Shown here: one piece after another, positions 25,235 through 35,615 of the stretch | How positions within the stretch are numbered: the stretch's first letter is position 1 | Layout: every line of letters begins with the position of its first letter | Source: Leucoraja ocellata | Lineage: Eukaryota | Length of the DNA stretch: 64,000 nucleotides | Reading direction: 5' to 3' | NCBI GenBank assembly: GCA_036785375.1 | Contig: JAWMAR010000722.1 | Coordinates: 558,001 to 622,000 of the forward strand | The notes under the pieces: generated by a model | Told to the model about the DNA's origin: nothing | What the model saw: the letters and a program-made list of their open reading frames with translations, nothing else | Databases searched by the model: none | Program-made: the position numbers and the translations under genes

Positions 25235-26995
25235 TAGCGAGCTCCAGTAAAGACGAACACTAGAAACACATCGGCTTACTGTTCCAGCATCTCCGACTAC
25301 TTCGAGTTCAGGGAACAGGAGCTGATGATATCCCGGGAGCAGCTGTCGGAGACGGAGGGGCAGCTCGTCAAGCAGAACCGCTGCCTACACCATCGTAACC
25401 TGCAATGTGAGGAGCTGGTCATAGTTAAGAAGGATGCACGAGAGATGTTGATGGAGAAGGTAGAGCGGATAAACCAGGCCATCGTCGAGATCATGAAAAT
25501 GGAAGGTCAATTGCAGAAGGTCACCAGGTCGGCTAAGACCACTCGGAAGATTTGGCAGCGGCATCTTCCCGAGACCATTGCTGAAGTCAAGACAAAACCA
25601 CCGGGCGCGGCTGTGCAGACAAGCAACGAGGCTGCTGAGGGGGGAGACGACTCAGGCCGGCGACAAACATAAGGAAGCAGCTACGAGTGTCATCAGGAGT
25701 GAGCAGAGTGCCTTCGCTCCACTCAAACCCACGGGCACCGACACAGCAGGCGTTGAGGACACCCTGCAGCAGCAACGAATGTGCAGGCTGCACCAGGCGC
25801 TGCAGAAGCTGCAGGCCGTCCGCACGCAAACTGAGAGCGCAATGAGGCTGCAGGTGCAGGAGCCGCAGCGGGAGATCTCGGTGGGGCGAGAGCAGCAGGA
25901 GGCCAAGAGCAACAAGAAGCTGCTGGATCTGCGCAGCCTGCAGGGCATGGGTTGGCGAGCTGGAGGCTGAGAACCTGCAACGGGAGATACAGACACAAGT
26001 CAAGAGTAAATGTGAACTGGAGCAAGCCTTGAGGAGTCAGAATGAGATCATCCACAAATTTAATAAACTGTTGGATTCCAATCTCGAGGAGCACAAACAA
26101 TTTCTGGCGATGAAACAGGAGGTGACTGATGTGAGGCGGCAGCTGCAGCAGGTGGAGACAGAGGCCGGCACTTTCCGCGAGGAGTTTGCCAAACCCCAGG
26201 CCCCCGAGGATGCTCGGGGCAAGAACTGGCTTCAGGAGAAGGTGGATCTCCAGCAGCAGGTGCGGAAGTTGCGAGGGGCTTACTTGCAGAAGGACAGCGA
26301 GATCCAGCAGCTGGAGAAGATGATCAGACACAGAGCCATCCTGGAGGACAATATACAATAGGTGCATGAGTAGGCCATTTGGTTCTTCGAGCCAGCGCCG
26401 CCATTCAATGTGATCATGGCTGATCATCCCTAATCAGTACCTCGTTCCTGCCTTCTCCCCATATCCTCTGACTCTGCTATCTTTAAGAGCCCTATCTAGC
26501 TCTCTCTTGAACGTATCCAGAGAACTGGCCTCCACTGCCCTCTGAGGCAGAGAATTCCACAGACTTGCAACTCTCTGTGAGAAAAAGTGTTTCCTCGTCT
26601 CCGATCTAAATAGCTTACCCCTTATTCTTAAACTGTGGCCCCTTGTTCTGGATTCCCCAACATCGGGAACATGTTTCCTGCCTCTATCGTGTCCAAACCC
26701 TCAATAATCTTATATGTTTCAATAAGATTCCCTCTCATCCTTCTAAACTCCAGAGTGTACAAGCCCAGCCGCTCCATTCTCTCAGCATACGACAGTCCCG
26801 CCATCCCTGGAATTAACCTTGTAAACCTACGCTGCACTGCCTGAGAACAATCAGAGAGCAGAGGCCGAGGTGGACAAGCTGTGCAACCTGATGAAGCACA
26901 TCAGAAGAACTCTCCAATCGATACCTGAAGTGGTGGGAAGCTCAGCGGAGTTGAAGGGCCTCCTGAAGTGCCTTGGAGATGATCTGGCAACGTAG
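25235..26995 (+). pseudogene. SPAG5: Processed (intronless) SPAG5/astrin 3' fragment, disrupted by stops, frameshifts and a CR1 insertion
   Basis: Coiled-coil frames. After removing CR1 26347-26842 it reads WLQEKVDLQQQVRKLR...RHRAILE|ENNQRAEAEVDKLCNLMKHIRRTLQSIPEVVGSSAELKGLLKCLGDDLAT*. This matches the astrin C-terminus as recalled (HRNILEEN...TLLSIPEVV...ELQGLL). Probable 3' UTR to about 27141. Confidence 0.78.
26347..26842 (-). mobile_element. CR1 LINE 3' fragment inserted in the SPAG5 retrocopy
   Basis: QRRFTRLIPGMAGLSY...; (ctattgt)-type tail at the left end. Confidence 0.92.
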
Positions 26996-27501
26996 TGTGA
27001 AATGGGGCAAATGTGCCCTCTGGAGGAGGAAAGGACTGTCCTGTGGGGTGTGAGCTTTTGGTTGATTCACTGTAGGATTTGTGTCTCCAACAGTTTAAAA
27101 GCCCAGCATTTTCATTTATTCCAGATGCACCTTTTGTCTAAATTCTCCGCAATCATAACCCATGTGCAGAAAAGGCCAATTAGTGCGTCTGACCTTGGAG
27201 TTGTTATTAAGCTCTTGTTGCATACAGCGGTAACAGGCTGTATGCAAAACCAACGTGGGCGTGAAGGCGCCACATTTCCATAACAAGTGGTGCTGTGCTG
27301 CAGAACATCATGTTAACCTGGATTAGGGAAATCTTACTCACATTTCTGGCCACCTTAACTCCAGTCAACAAATTATTTTTATTCCTGGTTGGAACGCTTT
27401 TTCTCCGACTTAATATTCTCCCATATAGACTTTAAACTTTAGAGATACAGCCTCTTGGCTCACCAAAGTCCGTGCCGACCAGCGATCACCTCCTACAGTA
27501 G

Positions 27502-28451
27502 TGTGACGCCTTCACATAGAAACATAGAAAATAGGTGCAGGAGTAGGCCATTCGGCCCTTCGAGCCTGCACCGTCATTCAATATGATCATGGCTGATCAT
27601 CCAACTCAGTATCCTGTACCTGCCTTCTCTCCATACCCCCTGATCCCATTAGCCACAAGGGCCACATCTAACACCCTCTTAAATATAGCCAATGAACTGG
27701 CCTCAACTACCTTCTGTGGCAGAGAATTCCAGAGATTCGCCATTCTCTGTGTGAAATTTTTTTCCTCATCTCGGTCCCAAAAGATTTCCCCCTTATCCTT
27801 AAACTGTGACCCCTTGTTCTGGACTTCCCCAACATCGGGAACAATCTTCCTGCATCTAGTCTGTCCAACCCCTTAAGAATGTTGTAAGTTTCTATAAGAT
27901 CCCCCCTCAATCTTCTAAATTCTAGGGAGTACAAGCCGAGTCTATCCAGTCTTTCTTCATATGAAAATCCTGACATCCCAGGAATCAGTCTGGTGAACCT
28001 TCTCTGTACTCCCTCTATGGCAAGAATGTCTTTCCTCAGATAAGGAGACCAAAACTGTATGCAATACTCCAGGTGTGGTCTCACCAAGACCCTGTACAAC
28101 TGCAGTAGAACCTCCCTGCTGTTATACTCAAATCCTTTTGCTATGAATGCTAACATACCATTTGCTTTCTTCACTGCCTGCTGCACCTGCATGCCTACCT
28201 CAAGCCCATGTTGGATTTGCATACAGCCTGTTACCGCAGGTGACTCACCAGCAGCCTCACGAGAAGGTCCAGCCACAAGCGCTCAATTACAACTCCAAGG
28301 TCAGACTAATTGGCCTTATCTGCACACGGGCTATGATTAGTGAGAATGAAGGTATAAAGAGGCTTCTGGAATAAACGAGACACAAGGTCTCTGGCTCAGC
28401 TAAGTATCGTTTGTTCTTTACTTTGTGTCGTGGGATTTAATAGACTCTACA
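27502..28451 (+). mobile_element. Solo LTR (same family as 24650-24913) split by a CR1 insertion
   Basis: TGTGACGCCTTCA...CTCTACA with GTAG TSD (27498-27501, 28452-28455). TATA-like ggtataaag and AATAAA are present. Inserted in a SINE. Confidence 0.85.
27515..28199 (-). mobile_element. CR1 LINE 3' fragment nested in the solo LTR
   Basis: VGMQVQQAVKKANGMLAFI...; (ttctatgt)n tail. Confidence 0.93.
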
Positions 28452-29327
28452 GTAGTACTAACCTACACACTAGAGACAATTTACAATTTTACCAAAGCCA
28501 ATTAACCTACAAACCGTGGATGCCTTTGGAGTGTGGGAGGAAACCGGAGGACCCGTAGAAAACCCACGTGGTCACTGGGGAGAACGTACAAACTCCATAC
28601 AGACAGCACCCGTAGTCAGGATGGAACATGGGGCTCAGGCAGCAACTCTACCGCTGAGTCACTGTGCTGCCCCGTGTTGTGGTCACTCTGTATGGCTAAC
28701 CTCATACACCCTGGGCTGCTGCTGATCTCTGCAACACCGCACAGCCTGCTGCTGTATGTGGCAGGTCTATGTAGTTCAGAGCTGATGAGGAGGTTGTAGT
28801 GTTTAATAGTCAAAGTGTCTCCCTCCCTGAATCTCAGTCCGAAGAAGGGTCTCAACTCGAAACGTCACCTATTCCTTTTCTCCAGAAATGCTGCCTGACC
28901 CCGCTGAGTTACTCCAGCATTTTGTGCCTACCTTCGATGTTCAATAGCCCGATGGTTGCTTTACCCCAAAGGATTCATCCTTCCTCCCACCCCTGTTCCT
29001 GAATGAAGGACACCAAATTTGGCTGTAATTTAGAAATTCAAAATTACATTTTAAATTACTGTTTGTGTTATGCCCAATATATGCAAATGAATGGATATCG
29101 CTTGGCGCATAATTCTTGCTGCAGGACCAAGCGAAAATGCAAATCTGACCGTGACATTTAGGGAATAAATTCCGAGCAGCTTGTGGGCTTTCCCCCCCTT
29201 CCCCCACAGACTTGCCACACCGCTGACACAGAAGAGGCACTAAGGACACCTTCAGTTGTTGTGTCAGCCCCTCCATTCTCAGGAGGACTCAGGCACCTAA
29301 GATTGCACACTGTTTAGCTCCAAAGCC

Positions 29328-29341
29328 GTTTCCATAGCAAC
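29328..29341. promoter_or_regulatory. RFX X-box motif GTTTCCATAGCAAC
   Basis: Matches the GTTNCCATRGNAAC consensus, with the palindrome extended by cc/gg flanks. Lies in non-repetitive DNA 25 nt before ATGAGATGT|GTGAGT. Confidence 0.55.
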
Positions 29342-29588
29342 GGAACAGGCTGGAGCTTTCAGACGATGAGATGTGTGAGTCTGGCATCGTCAACAAGTGG
29401 TGGGGAGGGGAGGGGAGGGAGGGGCAACATGGCCGTCAGGTATGTGGTAGACTTGGTGGGAGGGTGGGGAATGGTGGGGCAGTCAGAGGTATTTGGGTGG
29501 GGGGGGGGGGGGGGGTGTAGGGAGGAACTGCAGATGCTGGTTTACACCGAAGATAGACACAAAAAAGCTGGAGTAACTCTGGCAGCAT

Positions 29589-29788
29589 NNNNNNNNNNNN
29601 NNNNNNNNNNNNNNNNNNNNNNNNNNNNNNNNNNNNNNNNNNNNNNNNNNNNNNNNNNNNNNNNNNNNNNNNNNNNNNNNNNNNNNNNNNNNNNNNNNNN
29701 NNNNNNNNNNNNNNNNNNNNNNNNNNNNNNNNNNNNNNNNNNNNNNNNNNNNNNNNNNNNNNNNNNNNNNNNNNNNNNNNNNNNNNNN
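29589..29788. other. Assembly gap (others at 31027-31430 and 44720-44870)
   Basis: Runs of N. Confidence 1.
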
Positions 29789-30812
29789 CCAACTTGCCCA
29801 AATCGGCCAACATGTCCATCTACACTAGTCTCACCGCCCGCATTTGGCCCATATCCCTCTAAACCTATCCATACACCTAACTGTTTTTTAAGCGTTGCGA
29901 TAGTCCGAGCATCAACTAGCTGCGCTGGCAGCTCGTTTCATACACCCACCATCCATTCTGTGAAAAGGTTACCCCCCAGGTCCCTTTTAAATCTTTGCCC
30001 CCTCACCTTAAACCTATGTCCTCTGGTTCTCGATTTCCCCAACTCTGGGCAAGAGACTCTGCATTTACCCGAAGATAGACCCAAAAAGCTGGAGTAGCTC
30101 AACGGGTCAGACAGCATCTCTGGAGAAAAGGAATAGGTGATATTTCGGCTGTTCCTTTTCTCCAGAGATGCTCTGACCCGCTGAGTTACTCCAGCTTTTT
30201 GCGCCTGTCTTCAGTTTAAGCCAGAATCTGCAGTTCATTCCTATACTGTGCGTCTACCCGATCTATTCCAGCCATTGGAAAATCTGTTGGAGGCGAGCGT
30301 TCCAAGCTTCAAAGGGAGAAGGCAGTTCTTACACTCCTTTAAGGAAATGCCCTTGTACTGCTAGTGTAGGTGCGCTGAATATAACACGTGCTGCATTCAG
30401 CGGATGTGCGTGCAAAGCAACATTTTGCTCTTTATGTCTGCACCTTGCACGGTCGGCTGCAATCCCCCAGATGGATCGGATGGATCACTGAGCTCACTGT
30501 TGCACAGTTAGTTGCCTGCGGTACACGTCGACACGTCAAAGTTAGCTGTCGGGTCCAATCTCCGTCTTTGAAGCTCCTTCAAACATCTTTTCCGCTGCAG
30601 CTTGCCCGCTGACATACACGGGAGCATTAGCACTTTCATCTGTCACTATGACAACACAGTCAACGGGTTGCCTGGATCCCTGACAGATTGTGGTCCAACC
30701 AGGCATCTCGGCACAGTGAAGCCCATCCATCTGGAAATTGCAATGACTTCCAATTATCTCTTCACTTCTGGTGGGTGCGGTTTATTGAGGAAGATGCTAG
30801 CTAAAGTACACA

Positions 30813-31026
30813 TTCTCTCTCTCTCTAACTCCCTCTCTCCCTCTCCCTCTCCCTCCCTCTCCCTCCCTCTCCCTCGATCTCCCCCTTCCTCCCTCTCCCT
30901 CCCCTCCCCTCCTCCCTCTCCCTCTGTCTTCCTCCCTCCTCATCTCTCTCCCTCCATCCCTCTCCCTCCCTCCTTCTCCCCATCCCTCCATCCCCATCCC
31001 TCCCTCTGCATCTCCTCCCTCCCTCT
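30813..31026. repeat. Polypyrimidine (CT/CCCT) low-complexity tract running into an assembly gap
   Basis: About 210 nt almost purely C/T. Confidence 0.9.
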
Positions 31027-32354
31027 NNNNNNNNNNNNNNNNNNNNNNNNNNNNNNNNNNNNNNNNNNNNNNNNNNNNNNNNNNNNNNNNNNNNNNNNNN
31101 NNNNNNNNNNNNNNNNNNNNNNNNNNNNNNNNNNNNNNNNNNNNNNNNNNNNNNNNNNNNNNNNNNNNNNNNNNNNNNNNNNNNNNNNNNNNNNNNNNNN
31201 NNNNNNNNNNNNNNNNNNNNNNNNNNNNNNNNNNNNNNNNNNNNNNNNNNNNNNNNNNNNNNNNNNNNNNNNNNNNNNNNNNNNNNNNNNNNNNNNNNNN
31301 NNNNNNNNNNNNNNNNNNNNNNNNNNNNNNNNNNNNNNNNNNNNNNNNNNNNNNNNNNNNNNNNNNNNNNNNNNNNNNNNNNNNNNNNNNNNNNNNNNNN
31401 NNNNNNNNNNNNNNNNNNNNNNNNNNNNNNTTGTAATTGGCTGCGTGATTGTTCTGCATTCCTCACAGTTTGTCCTTGTGTGGGATTTTCAAAGGACATT
31501 TGAATGAGTAAATTGTCTTAGGTAAATGGTGCACATATAGAGCAAAAAATTGATTATTACCACAGCATTTGGACAATGGCTGAGAGATTGGTTTCCCTCC
31601 ATTTTCAGTGCATCAATCGACTCATTTTATGCTCATTTTAATCAAAATCCACTGCAAAAGTCATAAAATGGTAAAAAATGCGTTTGAAACAGTGGATAAT
31701 ACCCAGAAAGATACTAACTGTGAACTGTGTGGTTCCTGATGAGAACTGACTCAGTTGAATGCATCGTCTGACAACCTGCTGGGTACTAATCAGAGCGAGG
31801 CATCATTCCTTAAAAGCATATTCCCCCTGGATCCAAACAGTTGCAACTTGCAACGTGGCTGCAGTGGAGGCGAGTGAGCTGCAGAGGAGTGGTGGGGGCG
31901 GGGAGGGGGGGGGGGGGGTTCCACCATCACTCTAATGCATTGCATACGGTCATAGGTTCATAAGTGATAGGAGCAGGATTAGGCCATTCAGTCCATCTGG
32001 TCTACCACCGCCATTCAATCATGGCTGATCTATCTTCCCCTATGAACCCCATTCTCCTGCCTTCTCCCTGTAACCCCAACACCCGTACTAATCAAGAATC
32101 TATCTATCTCTGCTTTACAAATATCCATTGACGGCCTCCACAGCCTTCTGTGGCAAAGAATTCCACCGATTCACCACCCTCAGACTCAAGAAATTCAACC
32201 ATATCTCCTTCCGAAAGGAACGTCTTTTTATTCTGAGGCTTTGACCTCTGGTCCTGGACTCGTCCACGAGTGCAATCATCCTCTCCGCATCCACCCTATC
32301 CAGGCTTTTCACTATTCGCTAAGCTTCAGTGGGGTCCTCCTTCACTCTTCCAAA

Positions 32355-32860
32355 TCAGGAAGCATCACAGCATGGTTTGGGAACAGCTCCATCCAAGACC
32401 ACAAGAAATTGCAGGGAGTTGAGGAGACAGCCCAGACCATCACCCAAACCAACATCCCTTCCCTTAACTCCATCTACACTTCTCGCTGACTCGGCAAGGC
32501 CAGCAGCATAACCAAGGACCAGTCTCAGCCCGGCTGCTTCTTCTTCTCCTCTCTCCCATCAGGCAAAAGATACAGACGTGTCAAAACGCACACCGCCAGA
32601 TTCAGGGACAGTTTTTTCCCAGCTGTTATCAGGCAACTGACCTGTCCTCTCACCAGCGATCCTCACCTCACATCTATCTCATTGGAGACCTTCAAACTAG
32701 CTTGTAATCAGTATTTATTGTACTTTTCCTTGCACTAATCCTTTGTCCGTACACTGTGGGTGGCGTGATTGTAATCATGTGTCGTCTTTTCTTTGACTAT
32801 ATGGCGCGCAGCAAAATACCTTTCACTGTACCTCAGTACACGTGACAATAATAAATTAAA
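32355..32860 (+). mobile_element. Old Rex1/Babar-like LINE 3' fragment (related copies near 42140-43750 and 63070-63570)
   Basis: ITAWFGNSS..DHKKLQ..., LPSGKRYR..KTHTARFRDSFFPAVIRQL, and a shared 3' UTR. Confidence 0.65.
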
Positions 32861-33303
32861 AGTAAGCAAAGTGACTTGGAGACATCAGGGCAATATACCA
32901 AAGGTGCCACCATGTGAAGAGTGGCAGGACGTTCTTCAGATGGCTCTCCCCACGTGATGAAGAGATAAATTTCATGTCTCCGGGAAGACTTGTCAGGGTG
33001 AGACTCAGACCACTGAGAAAACAAGAGTCAAATGTGTTTAATTAACACATTTACAGTAAACGGATCATATGGGGGCAGCACAGTGGTGCAGCGGTAGTGT
33101 TGCTGCCTTACAAAGTAGGAGACCATGGTACGATTTCGACTACAGGTGCTGTCTGTGTAGGGTTTGTACCTTCTCCCTGTGACTCCCTGTGGGTTTTCAC
33201 CAGGTGCTCCGGTTTCCTGCCACACTCCAAAGACGTCCAGGTTTTTATGTTAATTGGCTTGGTATAAATGTAAATTGTCCCTAGTGTGTGAAGGATAGTG
33301 TTA

Positions 33304-33907
33304 CACTGGGTGGCGCCGTACGATGGCAGCCTCGTCGACAGTCTGTCTCGTCCTTTTCTTCTTTTGTTGTTTTCAGTCTGTTGTTAAATGTATGTTTTGG
33401 TGTATCTTTAGTTTTGTATTATGTGGGGGGGGGGGGGAGGCGGGGGGAGGGTGGGGATGGGGGAAACTTTTTTAAATTTCGATCCTCGACGGAGATGCGA
33501 CTTTTTCCGTATCGTATCTCCGTCCGCACTGCGGCCTAACATCGTGGAGCTAGCGGTCCCTTTGCTGGGGATCGACTTTGGGAGCTCCAACCGCAGGAGA
33601 TTCGACCGCCCTGACATGGGAGTTTCGGCCGCCCCGACCGTGGGAGTTTCGGTCGCCCCGACGGTGGATGGTTCGACTGCCCCGACCGCGGGTGTAAAGG
33701 AGGGAAGAAGATAATACGTTATATACCTTCCATCTCAGTGCGCTGGGGTGGATGTTTATGTTAATTTTTATGTAGTTGTGTGTCTTGTTGCTTTTTTGGT
33801 ATGACTGTATGGCAAATCAAATTCCTTGTATGTTTTTACATACTTGGCTAATAAATTAATTACAAATTACAAATACAACAATTACAATTAATTACAATTA
33901 ATTACAA
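33304..33907 (+). mobile_element. Unclassified non-autonomous retroposon inserted in a SINE
   Basis: Interrupts SINE 33070-33970. CpG-rich ~21-bp internal tandem repeats (33600-33692); ends in AATAAA + (attaca)n. Confidence 0.6.
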
Positions 33908-34869
33908 TATGCAGAGATCGCTGGTCGGTGCAGACTCGGTGGGCTCTGTATCTCTAAACTAAACTAAACTCAAATAAACCTGAAATGCCACCTATTTGTC
34001 TTGTCCAGAGATGCTGCCTGACCCGCTAAGTTACTTCAGTATTTTGTGTCTATCGTAGTTCATAGTTTAAGACAGTTGTAGTGGACCGTGCTAGAACTTG
34101 GATGGGGGGGTTTCCTTCACTGAAATGTTATAATCAGTGAAGAATCACCTCAGCAAATAATGTCCAGTCAAGGTAAATAAAAATAAATCTGTTCTTGTGG
34201 TGTAGGGTGGGGAAGGAAAGCTGATCCTATCTCCTTCCTTTTCTGTTCTTCACAAACTTTGAAGTCCAAGACGACTGCCCTTCCCCTTGTGGACTGTCCC
34301 TGTTGCTATCCACTTCCTTTACTCCTTTGTCAACCTCAATAAACTAAAATGTCAGTCATTGAGTCATGGAGTCACACAGGATGGAAACAGGCCCTTCGGC
34401 CCTATTTACCCACACCGGCCCAGGTGCTCCAACTATACTGGTCCCACCTGCTTGTATTTGGCCATGTCTTTCTAAACCTTTCCTATCCACGTACCTGTCC
34501 CACTGTCCCCTTTAACTTGCTGCTCCAGAATTCCTGTGGTAAATTATTCCCTACACAAGTTTAGTTTAGTTGCGTTTAGTTTGTTGCTTTGGTTGGGTGC
34601 AAACCAGTCAGTGGAAAGACAATACATGATTACAATCGAGCCATTCACAATGTACAGGTGTATAATAAATGGAATAAAGGGAATAACGTTAAGTGCAAGA
34701 TAAAGTCCGATCAAAGATAGTCCGAGGGCCTTGGATGTGTTAGGTAGTAGCTCAGCACTGCTCTTTAGTTGTTGGTAGAATGGTTCGGTTGCCTGATAAC
34801 AGCTGGGAAGAAAGTGTCCCTGAATCTGGAGGTGTCTAAATGGCGTCAATACTACCCAAATGGCGTCAA

Positions 34870-35615
34870 GTTGGGAAAAAGTACAACGGGATCTGGGGGT
34901 CCATGTACATCTGTCTATGAAAGTGAGCATGCAGGTACAGCAGGCAGTGAAGAAAGCAAATGGCATGTTGGCCTTTATAACAAGAGGAATCGAATATAGG
35001 AGCAAAGAGGTCCTTCTGCAGTTGTACAGAGCCCTAGTGAGACCACACCTTGAATATTGTGTGCAGTTTTGGTCCCTTAATTTGGGGAAGGACATTCTTG
35101 CTACTGAGGGGGTGCAGCGTAGGTTTACAAGGTTAATTCCCGGGATGGCGGGACTGTCATATGCTGAGAGAATGGAGCAGGTGGGCTTGTACACTCTGGA
35201 GTTTAGAAGGATGACAGGATATCTCATTGAAACATATAAGATTGTTAAGGGCTTGGACACACAAGAGGCAGGAAACATGTTCCCTATGTTGGGGGGGTCC
35301 AGAACCAGGGGCCACAGTTTAAGGATAAGGAGCAAGCCATTTAGAACAGAGATGAGGAAACACTTTTTCTCACAGAGAGTGGTGAGTCTGTGGAATTCTT
35401 TGTCTTAGAGGGCGGTGGAGGCCGGTTCTCTGGATACTTTCAAGAGAGAGCTAGATAGGGCTCTTAAAAATAGCGGAGTCAGGGGATATGGGGAGAAGGC
35501 ATGAACGGGATACTGATTGGGGATGATCAGTCATGATCACATTGAATGGCGGTGCCGGCTCGAAGGGCCAAATTACCTACTACTGCACCTATTGTCTATT
35601 GTCTATTGTCTATTG
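34870..35615 (+). mobile_element. CR1 LINE 3' fragment
   Basis: ORF 34860-35408, CR1 RT C-terminus; (ctattgt)n tail. Confidence 0.93.

Larger units (their letters stand above)
24650..27274 (-). mobile_element. Gypsy LTR element whose interior is replaced by a SPAG5 cDNA fragment
   Basis: Full 3' LTR 24650-24913 (TG...CA on the minus strand) preceded by a purine-rich tract. Integrase tail 24923-25233 (PLQRAYDGPYQV...TVSVDRLNPAY). Partial same-orientation LTR 27142-27274. TTTC duplicated at 24646-24649 and 27275-27278. Confidence 0.85.

Noticed and set aside
24650-28451. Inverted LTR copies (24650-24913 vs 28200-28451) as a second TIR-type element
   Set aside because: Each has its own TSD (TTTC for the composite element, GTAG for the solo LTR), so they are independent insertions.
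29366-31507. Long ORFs 29366-30097, 30602-31507, 30797-31459 and 30825-31499
   Set aside because: They stay open only because they cross N-gaps and low-complexity CT tracts.
33600-33692. Short regularly spaced repeats as a CRISPR-like array
   Set aside because: Tandem minisatellite with no unique spacers, in vertebrate DNA with no cas genes.
34544-35335. 263-aa minus-strand ORF and similar antisense ORFs over CR1 copies
   Set aside because: Shadow frames of the CR1 RT that recur in every copy.
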